Below, piece by piece: positions 63,365-64,000 of a stretch of DNA of 64,000 bases. The stretch is from contig NC_086108.1 of the NCBI RefSeq assembly GCF_963921235.1, forward strand, positions 105,402,001 through 105,466,000, read 5' to 3'. Under the pieces are notes generated by a model. That model did not search any database and was not told the DNA's origin. It saw only the letters and a program-made list of their open reading frames with translations. Origin of the DNA: Mobula hypostoma. Taxonomy: Eukaryota. The position numbers were made by a program, and so were the translations under genes. Numbering within the stretch: position 1 is the first letter of the stretch; each line of letters starts with the position of its first letter.

Positions 63365-63720
63365 TCATAGAAAAGTACAGCACAGAAACAGGCTCTAGTG
63401 TGTGCAAACCATTTAAAAACCTACTCACATTGACCTGCACTGGAACCATAGCCCTTCATACCCCTACCATCCAGGTAACTTTCTATACTTCTCTTAAGCA
63501 CTAAAATCGAGCTCACATACACCACTTGTGTTTGCAGCTAGGTCCATATTCTCACCACCCTCTGAGTGAAGAAGTTTCCCCTCATGGTCCCCTTAAAAAT
63601 TTTTCACCTTTCACCCTTAACCCATGGCCTCCAGTTGTAGTTCCAGCAACCTCAGTGGAAAAAGCCTGCTTGCATTTACCTTATCTATACCCCTCATTAT
63701 TTTGTATACCTCTTATCAAA
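63365..63720 (-). mobile_element. CR1 3' fragment
   Basis: 3' UTR with catagaaaagtacagcacagaaacaggc and a GHGLR...FFTQR remnant. Confidence 0.75.
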
Positions 63721-64000
63721 TTTGCCTTCAGTCTTCTTTGTGTTGGTGAGTGGGTGGATGCTGTCATTGTTTAGTTTTGCCATTGCTGTTGTGGTTTGTG
63801 TTCTGCTGAACATTGTGGGCGTGTGATGTTGGCACCAGGCTGTGTGCTGACGCTTGCCGGCTGCCCTCAGCACATCCTCAGTTGAGTTGGTTGTTAATGC
63901 AAGTGACACATTTCACTGTAGGGTTCGATGTACATGTGATAAATAAGTAAATGCAGATCAGAATCTGTTCTCTATGCTATCCACAGGCTCGTTCTCAGGT

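Overview
Eukaryotic, repeat-saturated non-coding DNA (intronic or intergenic). The repeat families suggest a cartilaginous fish such as a ray or shark (inference, not verified). I found no convincing host protein-coding exon, rRNA, true tRNA or CRISPR array. Most of the window is nested transposon debris: about 14 CR1-clade LINE copies (some with an SGNH-esterase ORF1), several Rex1/Babar LINE fragments, about 15 Penelope-like (PLE) 3' fragments, tRNA-derived SINEs (V-SINE/HE1-like, CORE-like, Deu-domain), RTE-related non-autonomous elements, a HERO-like RLE LINE fragment, a solo LTR, a PIF/Harbinger deletion derivative, mariner/Tc1 remnants and three minisatellites born inside retroelements. 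The most interesting signal is the PLE family. Its 3' end carries a minimal type I hammerhead ribozyme motif, and two young insertions are inverted-repeat elements with identical geometry (36-nt unpaired tail, 13-bp TSD); one is a perfect 93-bp hairpin with a 2-nt loop. Also notable are an old inverted duplication about 13 kb apart with an unusually conserved 60-bp octamer/POU-motif core, and a 28-bp SINE-derived satellite with a 168-bp higher-order repeat. Boundaries of degenerate repeats are approximate (read by eye).
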